A stretch of 64,000 bases of DNA. Origin: Eledone cirrhosa. Its lineage: Eukaryota. Under the pieces are notes generated by a model that saw only the letters and a program-made list of their open reading frames with translations, was not told where the DNA came from and did not search any database. The stretch lies in the NCBI GenBank assembly GCA_964016885.1, contig OZ024744.1, positions 3,410,001 through 3,474,000 of the forward strand, read 5' to 3'. A program made the position numbers and the translations under genes. Each line of letters begins with the position of its first letter. The first letter of the stretch is position 1. Below, piece by piece: positions 25,696 to 39,205 of this stretch.

Positions 25696-28370
25696 CGTTT
25701 TGAGGGAAGACAAGGTAGAGAAAGATAGCTTGGTGAAGAACGAAGTTTTGGGGAAGACAATGTAGAGAAAGATAGCTTGGTGAAGAACGAAGTTTTGGGG
25801 GAAGACAAGGTAGAGAAAGATAGCTTGGTGAAGAACGAAGTTTTGGGGGAAGACAAGGTAGAGAAAGATGGCTTGGTGAAGAACGAAGTTTTGGGGGAAG
25901 ACAAGGTAGAGAAAGATAGCTTGGTGAAGAACGAAGTTTTGGGGGAAATCAAGGTAGAGAATAATAGTTTGGTGAAGAACGAAGATTTGGGGGAAGACAA
26001 GGTAGAGAAAGATAGCTTGGTGAAGAACGACGTTTTGAGGGAAGACAAGGTAGAGAAAGATAGCTTGGTGAAGAACGAAGTTTTGGGGAAGACAATGTAG
26101 AGAAAGATAGCTTGGTGAAGAACGAAATTTTGGGGGAAGACAAGGTAGAGAAAGATAGCTTGGTGAAGAACGAAGTTTTGGGAGAAGACAAGGTAGAGAA
26201 AGATAGCTTGGAGAAGAACGAAGTTTTGAGGGAAGACAAGGTAGAGAAAGATAGCTTGGTGAAGAACGACGTTTTGAGGTTAGACAAGGTAGAGAAAGAT
26301 AGCTTGGTGAAGAACGACGTTTTGTGGGAAGATAAGGTAGAGAAAGATAGCTTGGTGAAGAGCGAAGGTTTGACGGAAGACAAGGTAGAGAAAGATAGCT
26401 TGGTGAAGAATGACGTTTTGTGGGAAGACAAGGTAGAGAAAGATAGCTTGGTGAAGAACGAAGTTTTGAGGGAAGGCAAGGTAGAGAAAGATAGCTTGGT
26501 GAATAACAAAGTTTTGGGAGAAGACAAGGTCGAGAAAGATAGCTTGGTGAAGAACGAAGTTTTGAGGGTAGACAAGGTAGAGAAAGATAACTTGGTGAAG
26601 AACGAAGTTTTGGGGGAGGACAAGGTAGAGAAAGATAGCTTGGTGAAGAACGACGTTTTGAGGGAAGACAAGGTAGAGAAAGATAGCTTGGTGAAGAACG
26701 AAGTTTTGACGGAAGACAAGGTAGAGAAAGATAGCTTGGTGAAGAATGACGTTTTGTGGGAAGACAAGGTAGAGAAAGATAGCTTGGTGAAGAACGAAGT
26801 TTTGGGGGAAGACAAGGTAGAGAAAGATAGCTTGGTGAAGAACGAAGTTTTGGGGGAAGACAAGGTAGAGAAAGATAGCTTGGTGAAGAACGAAGTTTTG
26901 AGGGAAGGCAAGGTAGAGAAAGATAGCTTGGTGAATAACAAAGTTTTGGGAGAAGACAAGGTCGAGAAAGATAGCTTGGTGAAGAACGAAGTTTTGAGGG
27001 TAGACAAGGTAGAGAAAGATAGCTTGGTGAAGAACGAAGTTTTGGGGGAGGACAAGGTAGAGAAAGATAGCTTGGTGAAGAACGACGTTTTGAGGGAAGA
27101 CAAGGTAGAGAAAGATAGCTTGGTGAAGAACGAAGTTTTGACGGAAGACAAGGTAGAGAAAGATAGCTTGGTGAAGAATGACGTTTTGTGGGAAGACAAG
27201 GTAGAGAAAGATAGCTTGGTGAAGAACGAAGTTTTGAGGGAAGACAAGGTAGAGAAAGATAGCTTGGTGAATAACGAAGTTTTGGGGAAGACAATGTAGA
27301 GAAAGATATATTGGTGAAGAACGAAGTTTTGGGGGAAGACAAGGTAGAGAAAGATAGCTTGGTGAAGAACGAAGTTTTGAGGGAAGACAAGGTAGAGAAA
27401 GATAGCTTGGTGAAGAACGAAGTTTTGGGAGAAGACAAGGTAGAGAAAGATAGCTTGGTGAAGAACGACGTTTTGAGGGAAGACAAGGTAGAGAAAGATA
27501 GCTTGGTGAAGAACGAAGTTTTGGGGAAGACAATGTAGAGAAAGATAGCTTGGTGAAGAACGAAGTTTTGGGGGAAGACAAGGTAGAGAAAGATAGCTTG
27601 GTGAAGAACGAAGTTTTGGGGGAAGACAAGGTAGAGAAAGATAGCTTGGTGAAGAACGAAGTTTTGGGGGAAGACAAGGTAGAGAAAGATAGCTTGGTGA
27701 AGAACGACGTTTTGAGGGAAGACAAGGTAGAGAAAGATAGCTTGGTGAAGAACGAAGTTTTGGGGAAGACAATGTAGAGAAAGATAGCTTGGTGAAGAAC
27801 GAAGTTTTGGGGGAAGACAAGGTAGAGAAAGATAGCTTGGTGAAGAACGAAGTTTTGGGGGAAGACAAGGTAGAGAAAGATGGCTTGGTGAAGAACGAAG
27901 TTTTGGGGGAAGACAAGGTAGAGAAAGATAGCTTGGTGAAGAACGAAGTTTTGGGGGAAATCAAGGTAGAGAATAATAGTTTGGTGAAGAACGAAGATTT
28001 GGGGGAAGACAAGGTAGAGAAAGATAGCTTGGTGAAGAACGACGTTTTGAGGGAAGACAAGGTAGAGAAAGATAGCTTGGTGAAGAACGAAGTTTTGGGG
28101 AAGACAATGTAGAGAAAGATAGCTTGGTGAAGAACGAAATTTTGGGGGAAGACAAGGTAGAGAAAGATAGCTTGGTGAAGAACGAAGTTTTGGGAGAAGA
28201 CAAGGTAGAGAAAGATAGCTTGGTGAAGAACGAAGTTTTGAGGGAAGACAAGGTAGAGAAAGATAGCTTGGTGAAGAACGACGTTTTGAGGTTAGACAAG
28301 GTAGAGAAAGATAGCTTGGTGAAGAACGACGTTTTGTGGGAAGATAAGGTAGAGAAAGATAGCTTGGTGA
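24868..28370 (+). repeat. ~1.5-kb duplicated segment, offset 2,012 bp (42 monomers)
   Basis: 25299>27311, 25538>27550, 25777>27789 and 26112>28124. The GATGGC marker is at 25867 and 27879. Confidence 0.82.
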
Positions 28371-31300
28371 AGAACGAAGTTTTGGGGGAAGACAAGGTAG
28401 AGAAAGATAGCTTGGTGAAGAACGAAGTTTTGGGGGAAGACAAGGTAGAGAAAGATAGCTTGGTGAAGAACGAAGTTTTGGGGGAAGACAAGGTAGAGAA
28501 AGATAGCTTGGTGAAGAACGAAGTTTTGGGGGAAGACAAGGTAGAGAAAGATAGCTTGGTGAAGAACGAAGTTTTGAGGGAAGGCAAGGTAGAGAAAGAT
28601 AGCTTGGTGAATAACAAAGTTTTGGGAGAAGACAAGGTCGAGAAAGATAGCTTGGTGAAGAACGAAGTTTTGAGGGTAGACAAGGTAGAGAAAGATAGCT
28701 TGGTGAAGAACGAAGTTTTGGGGGAGGACAAGGTAGAGAAAGATAGCTTGTTGAAGAACGACGTTTTGAGGGAAGACAAGGTAGAGAAAGATAGCTTGGT
28801 GAAGAACGAAGTTTTGACGGAAGACAAGGTAGAGAAAGATAGCTTGGTGAAGAATGACGTTTTGTGGGAAGACAAGGTAGAGAAAGATAGCTTGGTGAAG
28901 AACGAAGTTTTGGGGAAGACAATGTAGAGAAAGATAGCTTGGTGAAGAACGAAATTTTGGGGGAAGACAAGGTAGAGAAAGATAGCTTGGTGAAGAACGA
29001 AGTTTTGGGAGAAGACAAGGTAGAGAAAGATAGCTTGGTGAAGAACGAAGTTTTGAGGGAAGACAAGGTAGAGAAAGATAGCTTGGTGAAGAACGAAGTT
29101 TTGGGGGAAGACAAGGTAGAGAAAGATAGCTTGGTGAAGAACGAAGTTTTGGGGGAAGACAAGGTAGAGAAAGATAGCTTGGTGAAGAACGAAGTTTTGG
29201 GGGAAATCAAGGTAGAGAATAATAGTTTGGTGAAGAACGAAGATTTGGGGGAAGACAAGGTAGAGAAAGATAGCTTGGTGAAGAACGACGTTTTGAGGGA
29301 AGACAAGGTAGAGAAAGATAGCTTGGTGAAGAACGAAGTTTTGGGGAAGACAATGTAGAGAAAGATAGCTTGGTGAAGAACGAAATTTTGGGGGAAGACA
29401 AGGTAGAGAAAGATAGCTTGGTGAAGAACGAAGTTTTGGGAGAAGACAAGGTAGAGAAAGATAGCTTGGTGAAGAACGAAGTTTTGAGGGAAGACAAGAC
29501 AGAGAAAGATAGCTTGGTGAAGAACGACGTTTTGAGGTTAGACAAGGTAGAGGAAGATAGCTTGGTGAAGAACGACGTTTTGTGGGAAGATAAGGTAGAG
29601 AAAGATAGCTTGGTGAAGAACGAAGTTTTGGGGAAAGACAAGGTAGAGAAAGATAGCTTGGTGAAGAACGAAGTTTTGGGGGAAGACAAGGTAGAGAAAG
29701 ATAGCTTGGTGAAGAACGAAGTTTTGGGGGAAGACAAGGTAGAGAAAGATAGCTTGGTGAAGAACGAAGTTTTGGGGGAAGACAAGGTAGAGAAAGATAG
29801 CTTGGTGAAGAACGAAGTTTTGAGGGAAGGCAAGGTAGAGAAAGATAGCTAGGTGAATAAAAAAGTTTTGGGAGAAGACAAGGTCGAGAAAGATAGCTTG
29901 GTGAAGAACGAAGTTTTGAGGGTAGACAAGGTAGAGAAAGATAGCTTGGTGAAGAACGAAGTTTTGGGGGAGGACAAGGTAGAGAAAGATAGCTTGGTGA
30001 AGAACGACGTTTTGAGGGAAGACAAGGTAGAGAAAGATAGCTTGGTGAAGAACGAAGTTTTGACGGAAGACAAGGTAGAGAAAGATAGCTTGGTGAAGAA
30101 TGACGTTTTGTGGGAAGACAAGGTAGAGAAAGATAGCTTGCTGAAGAACGAAGTTTTGAGGGAAGACAAGGTAGAGAAAGATAGCTTGGTGAATAACGAA
30201 GTTTTGGGGAAGACAATGTAGAGAAAGATATATTGGTGAAGAACGAAGTTTTGGGGGAAGACAAGGTAGAGAAAGATAGCTTGGTGAAGAACGAAGTTTT
30301 GAGGGAAGACAAGGTAGAGAAAGATAGCTTGGTGAAGAACGAAGTTTTGGGAGAAGACAAGGTAGAGAAAGATAGCTTGGTGAAGAACGACGTTTTGAGG
30401 GAAGACAAGGTAGAGAAAGATAGCTTGGTGAAGAACGAAGTTTTGGGGAAGACAATGTAGAGAAAGATAGCTTGGTGAAGAACGAAGTTTTGGGGGAAGA
30501 CAAGGTAGAGAAAGATAGCTTGGTGAAGAACGAAGTTTTGGGGGAAGACAAGGTAGAGAAAGATAGCTTGGTGAAGAACGAAGTTTTGGGGGAAGACAAG
30601 GTAGAGAAAGATAGCTTGGTGAAGAACGACGTTTTGAGGGAAGACAAGGTAGAGAAAGATAGCTTGGTGAAGAACGAAGTTTTGGGGAAGACAATGTAGA
30701 GAAAGATAGCTTGGTGAAGAACGAAGTTTTGGGGGAAGACAAGGTAGAGAAAGATAGCTTGGTGAAGAACGAAGTTTTGGGGGAAGACAAGGTAGAGAAA
30801 GATAGCTTGGTGAAGAACGAAGTTTTGGGGGAAATCAAGGTAGAGAATAATAGTTTGGTGAAGAACGAAGATTTGGGGGAAGACAAGGTAGAGAAAGATA
30901 GCTTGGTGAAGAACGACGTTTTGAGGGAAGACAAGGTAGAGAAAGATAGCTTGGTGAAGAACGAAGTTTTGGGGAAGACAATGTAGAGAAAGATAGCTTG
31001 GTGAAGAACGACATTTTGGGGGAAGACAAGGTAGAGAAAGATAGCTTGGTGAAGAACGAAGTTTTGGGAGAAGACAAGGTAGAGAAAGATAGCTTGGTGA
31101 AGAACGAAGTTTTGAGGGAAGACAAGGTAGAGAAAGATAGCTTGGTGAAGAACGACGTTTTGAGGTTAGACAAGGTAGAGAAAGATAGCTTGGTGAAGAA
31201 CGACGTTTTGTGGGAAGATAAGGTAGAGAAAGATAGCTTGGTGAAGAACGAAGTTTTGGGGGAAGACAAGGTAGAGAAAGATAGCTTGGTGAAGAACGAA

Positions 31301-34300
31301 GTTTTGGGGGAAGACAAGGTAGAGAAAGATAGCTTGGTGAAGAACGAAGTTTTGGGGGAAGACAAGGTAGAGAAAGATAGCTTGGTGAAGAACGAAGTTT
31401 TGGAGGAAGACAAGGTAGAGAAAGATAGCTTGGTGAAGAACGAAGTTTTGAGGGAAGGCAAGGTAGAGAAAGATAGCTTGGTGAATAACAAAGTTTTGGG
31501 AGAAGACAAGGTCGAGAAAGATAGCTTGGTGAAGAACGAAGTTTTGAGGGTAGACAAGGTAGAGAAAGATAGCTTGGTGGAGAACGAAGTTTTGGGGGAG
31601 GACAAGGTAGAGAAAGATAGCTTGGTGAAGAACGACGTTTTGAGGGAAGACAAGGTAGAGAAAGATAGCTTGGTGAAGAACGAAGTTTTGGGGAAGACAA
31701 TGTAGAGAAAGATAGCTTGGTGAAGAACGAAATTTTGGGGGAAGACAAGGTAGAGAAAGATAGCTTGGTGAAGAACGAAGTTTTGGGAGAAGACAAGGTA
31801 GAGAAAGATAGCTTGGTGAAGAACGAAGTTTTGAGGGAAGACAAGGCAGAGAAAGATAGCTTGGTGAAGAACGACGTTTTGAGGTTAGACAAGGTAGAGA
31901 AAGATAGCTTGGTGAAGAACGACGTTTTGTGGGAAGATAAGGTAGAGAAAGATAGCTTGGTGAAGAACGAAGTTTTGGGGGAAGACAAGGTAGAGAAAGA
32001 TAGCTTGGTGAAGAACGAAGTTTTGGGGGAAGACAAGGTAGAGAAAGATAGCTTGGTGAAGAACGAAGTTTTGGGGGAAGACAAGGTAGAGAAAGATAGC
32101 TTGGTGAAGAACGAAGTTTTGGGGGAAGTCAAGGTAGAGAAAGATAGCTTGGTGAAGAACGAAGTTTTGAGGGAAGGCAAGGTAGAGAAAGATAGCTTGG
32201 TGAATAACAAAGTTTTGGGAGAAGACAAGGTCGAGAAAGATAGCTTGGTGAAGAACGAAGTTTTGAGGGTAGACAAGGTAGAGAAAGATAGCTTGGTGAA
32301 GAACGAAGTTTTGGGGGAGGACAAGGTAGAGAAAGATAGCTTGGTGAAGAACGACGTTTTGAGGGAAGACAAGGTAGAGAAAGATAGCTTGGTGAAGAAC
32401 GAAGTTTTGACGGAAGACAAGGTAGAGAAAGATAGCTTGGTGAAGAATGACGTTTTGTGGGAAGACAAGGTAGAGAAAGATAGCTTGGTGAAGAACGAAG
32501 TTTTGAGGGAAGACAAGGTAGAGAAAGATAGCTTGGTGAATAACGAAGTTTTGGGGAAGACAATGTAGAGAAAGATATATTGGTGAAGAACGAAGTTTTG
32601 GGGGAAGACAAGGTAGAGAAAGATAGCTTGGTGAAGAACGAAGTTTTGAGGGAAGACAAGGTAGAGAAAGATAGCTTGGTGAAGAACGAAGTTTTGGGAG
32701 AAGACAAGGTAGAGAAAGATAGCTTGGTGAAGAACGACGTTTTGAGGGAAGACAAGGTAGAGAAAGATAGCTTGGTGAAGAACGAAGTTTTGGGGAAGAC
32801 AATGTAGAGAAAGATAGCTTGGTGAAGAACGAAGTTTTGGGGGAAGACAAGGTAGAGAAAGATAGCTTGGTGAAGAACGAAGTTTTGGGGGAAGACAAGG
32901 TAGAGAAAGATAGCTTGGTGAAGAACGAAGTTTTGGGGGAAGACAAGGTAGAGAAAGATAGCTTGGTGAAGAACGAAGTTTTGGAGGAAGACAAGGTAGA
33001 GAAAGATAGCTTGGTGAAGAACGAAGTTTTGAGGGAAGGCAAGGTAGAGAAAGATAGCTTGGTGAATAACAAAGTTTTGGGAGAAGACAAGGTCGAGAAA
33101 GATAGCTTGGTGAAGAACGAAGTTTTGAGGGTAGACAAGGTAGAGAAAGATAGCTTGGTGAAGAACGAAGTTTTGGGGGAGGACAAGGTAGAGAAAGATA
33201 GCTTGGTGAAGAACGACGTTTTGAGGGAAGACAAGGTAGAGAAAGATAGCTTGGTGAAGAACGAAGTTTTGGGGAAGACAATGTAGAGAAAGATAGCTTG
33301 GTGAAGAACGAAATTTTGGGGGAAGACAAGGTAGAGAAAGATAGCTTGGTGAAGAACGAAGTTTTGGGAGAAGACAAGGTAGAGAAAGATAGCTTGGTGA
33401 AGAACGAAGTTTTGAGGGAAGACAAGGCAGAGAAAGATAGCTTGGTGAAGAACGACGTTTTGAGGTTAGACAAGGTAGAGAAAGATAGCTTGGTGAAGAA
33501 CGACGTTTTGTGGGAAGATAAGGTAGAGAAAGATAGCTTGGTGAAGAACGAAGTTTTGGGGGAAGACAAGGTAGAGAAAGATAGCTTGGTGAAGAACGAA
33601 GTTTTGGGGGAAGACAAGGTAGAGAAAGATAGCTTGGTGAAGAACGAAGTTTTGGGGGAAGACAAGGTAGAGAAAGATAGCTTGGTGAAGAACGAAGTTT
33701 TGGGGGAAGTCAAGGTAGAGAAAGATAGCTTGGTGAAGAACGAAGTTTTGAGGGAAGGCAAGGTAGAGAAAGATAGCTTGGTGAATAACAAAGTTTTGGG
33801 AGAAGACAAGGTCGAGAAAGATAGCTTGGTGAAGAACGAAGTTTTGAGGGTAGACAAGGTAGAGAAAGATAGCTTGGTGAAGAACGAAGTTTTGGGGGAG
33901 GACAAGGTAGAGAAAGATAGCTTGGTGAAGAACGACGTTTTGAGGGAAGACAAGGTAGAGAAAGATAGCTTGGTGAAGAACGAAGTTTTGACGGAAGACA
34001 AGGTAGAGAAAGATAGCTTGGTGAAGAATGACGTTTTGTGGGAAGACAAGGTAGAGAAAGATAGCTTGGTGAAGAACGAAGTTTTGAGGGAAGACAAGGT
34101 AGAGAAAGATAGCTTGGTGAATAACGAAGTTTTGGGGAAGACAATGTAGAGAAAGATATATTGGTGAAGAACGAAGTTTTGGGGGAAGACAAGGTAGAGA
34201 AAGATAGCTTGGTGAAGAACGAAGTTTTGAGGGAAGACAAGGTAGAGAAAGATAGCTTGGTGAAGAACGAAGTTTTGGGAGAAGACAAGGTAGAGAAAGA

Positions 34301-35645
34301 TAGCTTGGTGAAGAACGACGTTTTGAGGGAAGACAAGGTAGAGAAAGATAGCTTGGTGAAGAACGAAGTTTTGGGGAAGACAATGTAGAGAAAGATAGCT
34401 TGGGGAAGAACGAAGTTTTGGGGGAAGACAAGGTAGAGAAAGATAGCTTGGTGAAGAACGAAGTTTTGGGGGAAGACAAGGTAGAGAAAGATAGCTTGGT
34501 GAAGAACGAAGTTTTGGGGGAAGACAAGGTAGAGAAAGATAGCTTGGTGAAGAACGACGTTTTGAGGGAAGACAAGGTAGAGAAAGATAGCTTGGTGAAG
34601 AACGAAGTTTTGGGGAAGACAATGTAGAGAAAGATAGCTTGGTGAAGAACGAAGTTTTGGGGGAAGACAAGGTAGAGAAAGATAGCTTGGTGAAGAACGA
34701 AGTTTTGGGGGAAGACAAGGTAGAGAAAGATGGCTTGGTGAAGAACGAAGTTTTGGGGGAAGACAAGGTAGAGAAAGATAGCTTGGTGAAGAACGAAGTT
34801 TTGGGGGAAATCAAGGTAGAGAATAATAGTTTGGTGAAGAACGAAGATTTGGGGGAAGACAAGGTAGAGAAAGATAGCTTGGTGAAGAACGACGTTTTGA
34901 GGGAAGACAAGGTAGAGAAAGATAGCTTGGTGAAGAACGAAGTTTTGGGGAAGACAATGTAGAGAAAGATAGCTTGGTGAAGAACGAAATTTTGGGGGAA
35001 GACAAGGTAGAGAAAGATAGCTTGGTGAAGAACGAAGTTTTGGGAGAAGACAAGGTAGAGAAAGATAGCTTGGTGAAGAACGAAGTTTTGAGGGAAGACA
35101 AGGTAGAGAAAGATAGCTTGGTGAAGAACGACGTTTTGAGGTTAGACAAGGTAGAGAAAGATAGCTTGGTGAAGAACGACGTTTTGTGGGAAGATAAGGT
35201 AGAGAAAGATAGCTTGGTGAAGAACGAAGTTTTGGGGGAAGACAAGGTAGAGAAAGATAGCTTGGTGAAGAACGAAGTTTTGGGGGAAGACAAGGTAGAG
35301 AAAGATAGCTTGGTGAAGAACGAAGTTTTGGGGGAAGACAAGGTAGAGAAAGATAGCTTGGTGAAGAACGAAGTTTTGGGGGAAGACAAGGTAGAGAAAG
35401 ATAGCTTGGTGAAGAACGAAGTTTTGAGGGAAGGCAAGGTAGAGAAAGATAGCTTGGTGAATAACAAAGTTTTGGGAGAAGACAAGGTCGAGAAAGATAG
35501 CTTGGTGAAGAACGAAGTTTTGAGGGTAGACAAGGTAGAGAAAGATAGCTTGGTGAAGAACGAAGTTTTGGGGGAGGACAAGGTAGAGAAAGATAGCTTG
35601 GTGAAGAACGACGTTTTGAGGGAAGACAAGGTAGAGAAAGATAGC

Positions 35646-38600
35646 TTGGTGAAGAACGAAGTTTTGACGGAAGACAAGGTAGAGAAAGATAGCTTGGTGA
35701 AGAATGACGTTTTGTGGGAAGACAAGGTAGAGAAAGATAGCTTGGTGAAGAACGAAGTTTTGAGGGAAGACAAGGTAGAGAAAGATAGCTTGGTGAATAA
35801 CGAAGTTTTGGGGAAGACAATGTAGAGAAAGATATATTGGTGAAGAACGAAGTTTTGGGGGAAGACAAGGTAGAGAAAGATAGCTTGGTGAAGAACGAAG
35901 TTTTGAGGGAAGACAAGGTAGAGAAAGATAGCTTGGTGAATAACGAAGTTTTGGGAGAAGACAAGGTAGAGAAAGATAGCTTGGTGAAGAACGAAGTTTT
36001 GAGGGAAGACAAGGTAGAGAAAGATAGCTTGGTGAAGAACGAAGTTTTGGGGAAGACAATGTAGAGAAAGATAGCTTGGTGAAGAACGAAGTTTTGGGGG
36101 ATGACAAGGTAGAGAAAGATAGCTTGGTGAAGAACGAAGTTTTGGGGGAAGATAAGGTAGAGAAAGATAGCTTGGTGAAGAACGAAGTTTTGGGGGTAGA
36201 CAAGGTAGAGAAAGATAGCTTGGTGAAGAACGACGTTTTGAGGGAATACAAGGTAGAGAAAGATAGCTTGGTGAAGAACGAAGTTTTGACGGAAGACAAG
36301 GTAGAGAAAGATAGCTTGGTGAAGAATGACGTTTTGTGGGAAGACAAGGTAGAGAAAGATAGCTTGGTGAAGAACGAAGTTTTGAGGGAAGACAAGGTAG
36401 AGAAAGATAGCTTGGTGAATAACGAAGTTTTGGGGAAGACAATGTAGAGAAAGATATATTGGTGAAGAACGAAGTTTTGGGGGAAGACAAGGTAGAGAAA
36501 GATAGCTTGGTGAAGAACGAAGTTTTGAGGGAAGACAAGGTAGAGAAAGATAGCTTGGTGAAGAACGAAGTTTTGGGAGAAGACAAGGTAGAGAAAGATA
36601 GCTTGGTGAAGAACGACGTTTTGAGGGAAGACAAGGTAGAGAAAGATAGCTTGGTGAAGAACGAAGTTTTGGGGAAGACAATGTAGAGAAAGATAGCTTG
36701 GTGAAGAATGAAGTTTTGGGGGATGACAAGGTAGAGAAAGATAGCTTGGTGAAGAACGAAGTTTTGGGGGAAGACAAGGTAGAGAAAGATAGCTTGGTGA
36801 AGAACGAAGTTTTGGGGGTAGACAAGGTAGAGAAAGATAGCTTGGTGAAGAACGAAGTTTTGGGGGAAATCAAGGTAGAGGATAATAGTTTGGTGAAGAA
36901 CGAAGATTTGGGGGAAGACAAGGTAGAGAAAGATAGCTAGGTGAAGAACGACGTTTTGAGGGAAGACAAGGTAGAGAAAGATAGCTTGGTGAAGAACGAA
37001 GTTTTGGGGAAGACAATGTAGAGAAAGATAGCTTGGTGAAGAACGAAATTTTGGGGGAAGACAAGGTAGAGAAAGATAGCTTGGTGAAGAACGAAGTTTT
37101 GGGAGAAGACAAGGTAGAGAAAGATAGCTTGGTGAAGAACGAAGTTTTGAGGGAAGACAAGGTAGAGAAAGATAGCTTGGTGAAGAACGACGTTTTGAGG
37201 GAAGACAAGGTAGAGAAAGATAGCTTGGTGAAGAACGACGTTTTGTGGGAAGATAAGGTAGAGAAAGATAGCTTGGTGAAGAACGAAGTTTTGGGGGAAG
37301 ACAAGGTAGAGAAAGATAGATTGGTGAAGAACGAAGTTTTGGGGGAAGACAAGGTAGAGAAAGATAGCTTGGTGAAGAACGAAGTTTTGAGGGAAGACAA
37401 GGTAGAGAAAGATAGCTTGGTGAAGAACGAAGTTTTGAGGGAAGACAAGGTAGAGAAAGATAGCTTGGTGAAGAACGAAGTTTTGACGGAAGACAAGGTA
37501 GAGAAAGATAGCTTGGTGAAGAATGACGTTTTGTGGGAAGACAAGGTAGAGAAAGATAGCTTGGTGAAGAACGAAGTTTTGAGGGAAGACAAGGTAGAGA
37601 AAGATAGCTTGGTGAATAACGAAGTTTTGGGGAAGACAATGTAGAGAAAGATATATTGGTGAAGAACGAAGTTTTGGGGGAAGACAAGGTAGAGAAAGAT
37701 AGCTTGGTGAAGAACGAAGTTTTGAGGGAAGACAAGGTAGAGAAAGATAGCTTGGTGAATAACGAAGTTTTGGGAGAAGACAAGGTAGAGAAAGATAGCT
37801 TGGTGAAGAACGAAGTTTTGAGGGAAGACAAGGTAGAGAAAGATAGCTTGGTGAAGAACGAAGTTTTGGGGAAGACAATGTAGAGAAAGATAGCTTGGTG
37901 AAGAACGAAGTTTTGGGGGATGACAAGGTAGAGAAAGATAGCTTGGTGAAGAACGAAGTTTTGGGGGAAGATAAGGTAGAGAAAGATAGCTTGGTGAAGA
38001 ACGAAGTTTTGGGGGTAGACAAGGTAGAGAAAGATAGCTTGGTGAAGAACGACGTTTTGAGGGAATACAAGGTAGAGAAAGATAGCTTGGTGAAGAACGA
38101 AGTTTTGACGGAAGACAAGGTAGAGAAAGATAGCTTGGTGAAGAATGACGTTTTGTGGGAAGACAAGGTAGAGAAAGATAGCTTGGTGAAGAACGAAGTT
38201 TTGAGGGAAGACAAGGTAGAGAAAGATAGCTTGGTGAATAACGAAGTTTTGGGGAAGACAATGTAGAGAAAGATATATTGGTGAAGAACGAAGTTTTGGG
38301 GGAAGACAAGGTAGAGAAAGATAGCTTGGTGAAGAACGAAGTTTTGAGGGAAGACAAGGTAGAGAAAGATAGCTTGGTGAAGAACGAAGTTTTGGGAGAA
38401 GACAAGGTAGAGAAAGATAGCTTGGTGAAGAACGACGTTTTGAGGGAAGACAAGGTAGAGAAAGATAGCTTGGTGAAGAACGAAGTTTTGGGGAAGACAA
38501 TGTAGAGAAAGATAGCTTGGTGAAGAATGAAGTTTTGGGGGATGACAAGGTAGAGAAAGATAGCTTGGTGAAGAACGAAGTTTTGGGGGAAGACAAGGTA

Positions 38601-39205
38601 GAGAAAGATAGCTTGGTGAAGAACGAAGTTTTGGGGGTAGACAAGGTAGAGAAAGATAGCTTGGTGAAGAACGAAGTTTTGGGGGAAATCAAGGTAGAGG
38701 ATAATAGTTTGGTGAAGAACGAAGATTTGGGGGAAGACAAGGTAGAGAAAGATAGCTAGGTGAAGAACGACGTTTTGAGGGAAGACAAGGTAGAGAAAGA
38801 TAGCTTGGTGAAGAACGAAGTTTTGGGGAAGACAATGTAGAGAAAGATAGCTTGGTGAAGAACGAAATTTTGGGGGAAGACAAGGTAGAGAAAGATAGCT
38901 TGGTGAAGAACGAAGTTTTGGGAGAAGACAAGGTAGAGAAAGATAGCTTGGTGAAGAACGAAGTTTTGAGGGAAGACAAGGTAGAGAAAGATAGCTTGGT
39001 GAAGAACGACGTTTTGAGGGAAGACAAGGTAGAGAAAGATAGCTTGGTGAAGAACGACGTTTTGTGGGAAGATAAGGTAGAGAAAGATAGCTTGGTGAAG
39101 AACGAAGTTTTGGGGGAAGACAAGGTAGAGAAAGATAGATTGGTGAAGAACGAAGTTTTGGGGGAAGACAAGGTAGAGAAAGATAGCTTGGTGAAGAACG
39201 AAGTT
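35646..39205 (+). repeat. Near-tandem duplication, period 1,819 bp (38 monomers), with a third related copy at offset +4,501 (~39.3-41.7 kb)
   Basis: 35837>37656, 36076>37895, 36459>38278, 36698>38517 and 37033>38852. Markers are GGAATACAAG ~36243/~38062/~40744, GAGGATAATAG 36878/38697 and GATAGCTAGG 36932/38751. 34974>39475 and 35837>40338 are +4,501. Confidence 0.88.

Larger units (their letters stand above)
20030..35223 (+). repeat. ~6.3-kb duplicated segment (20030-26360 vs 28892-35223), offset 8,862 bp
   Basis: Blocks 20077>28939, 22136>30998, 22855>31717, 23957>32819, 24436>33298, 25777>34639 and 26112>34974 are all +8,862. The offset is +8,910 between one monomer gain and one loss. 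Shared markers are AGCTAGGTGAATAAAAAAG ~20937/~29847, GACATTTTG 22148/31010 and GATGGC 25867/34729. Several private substitutions distinguish the copies. Confidence 0.88.
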
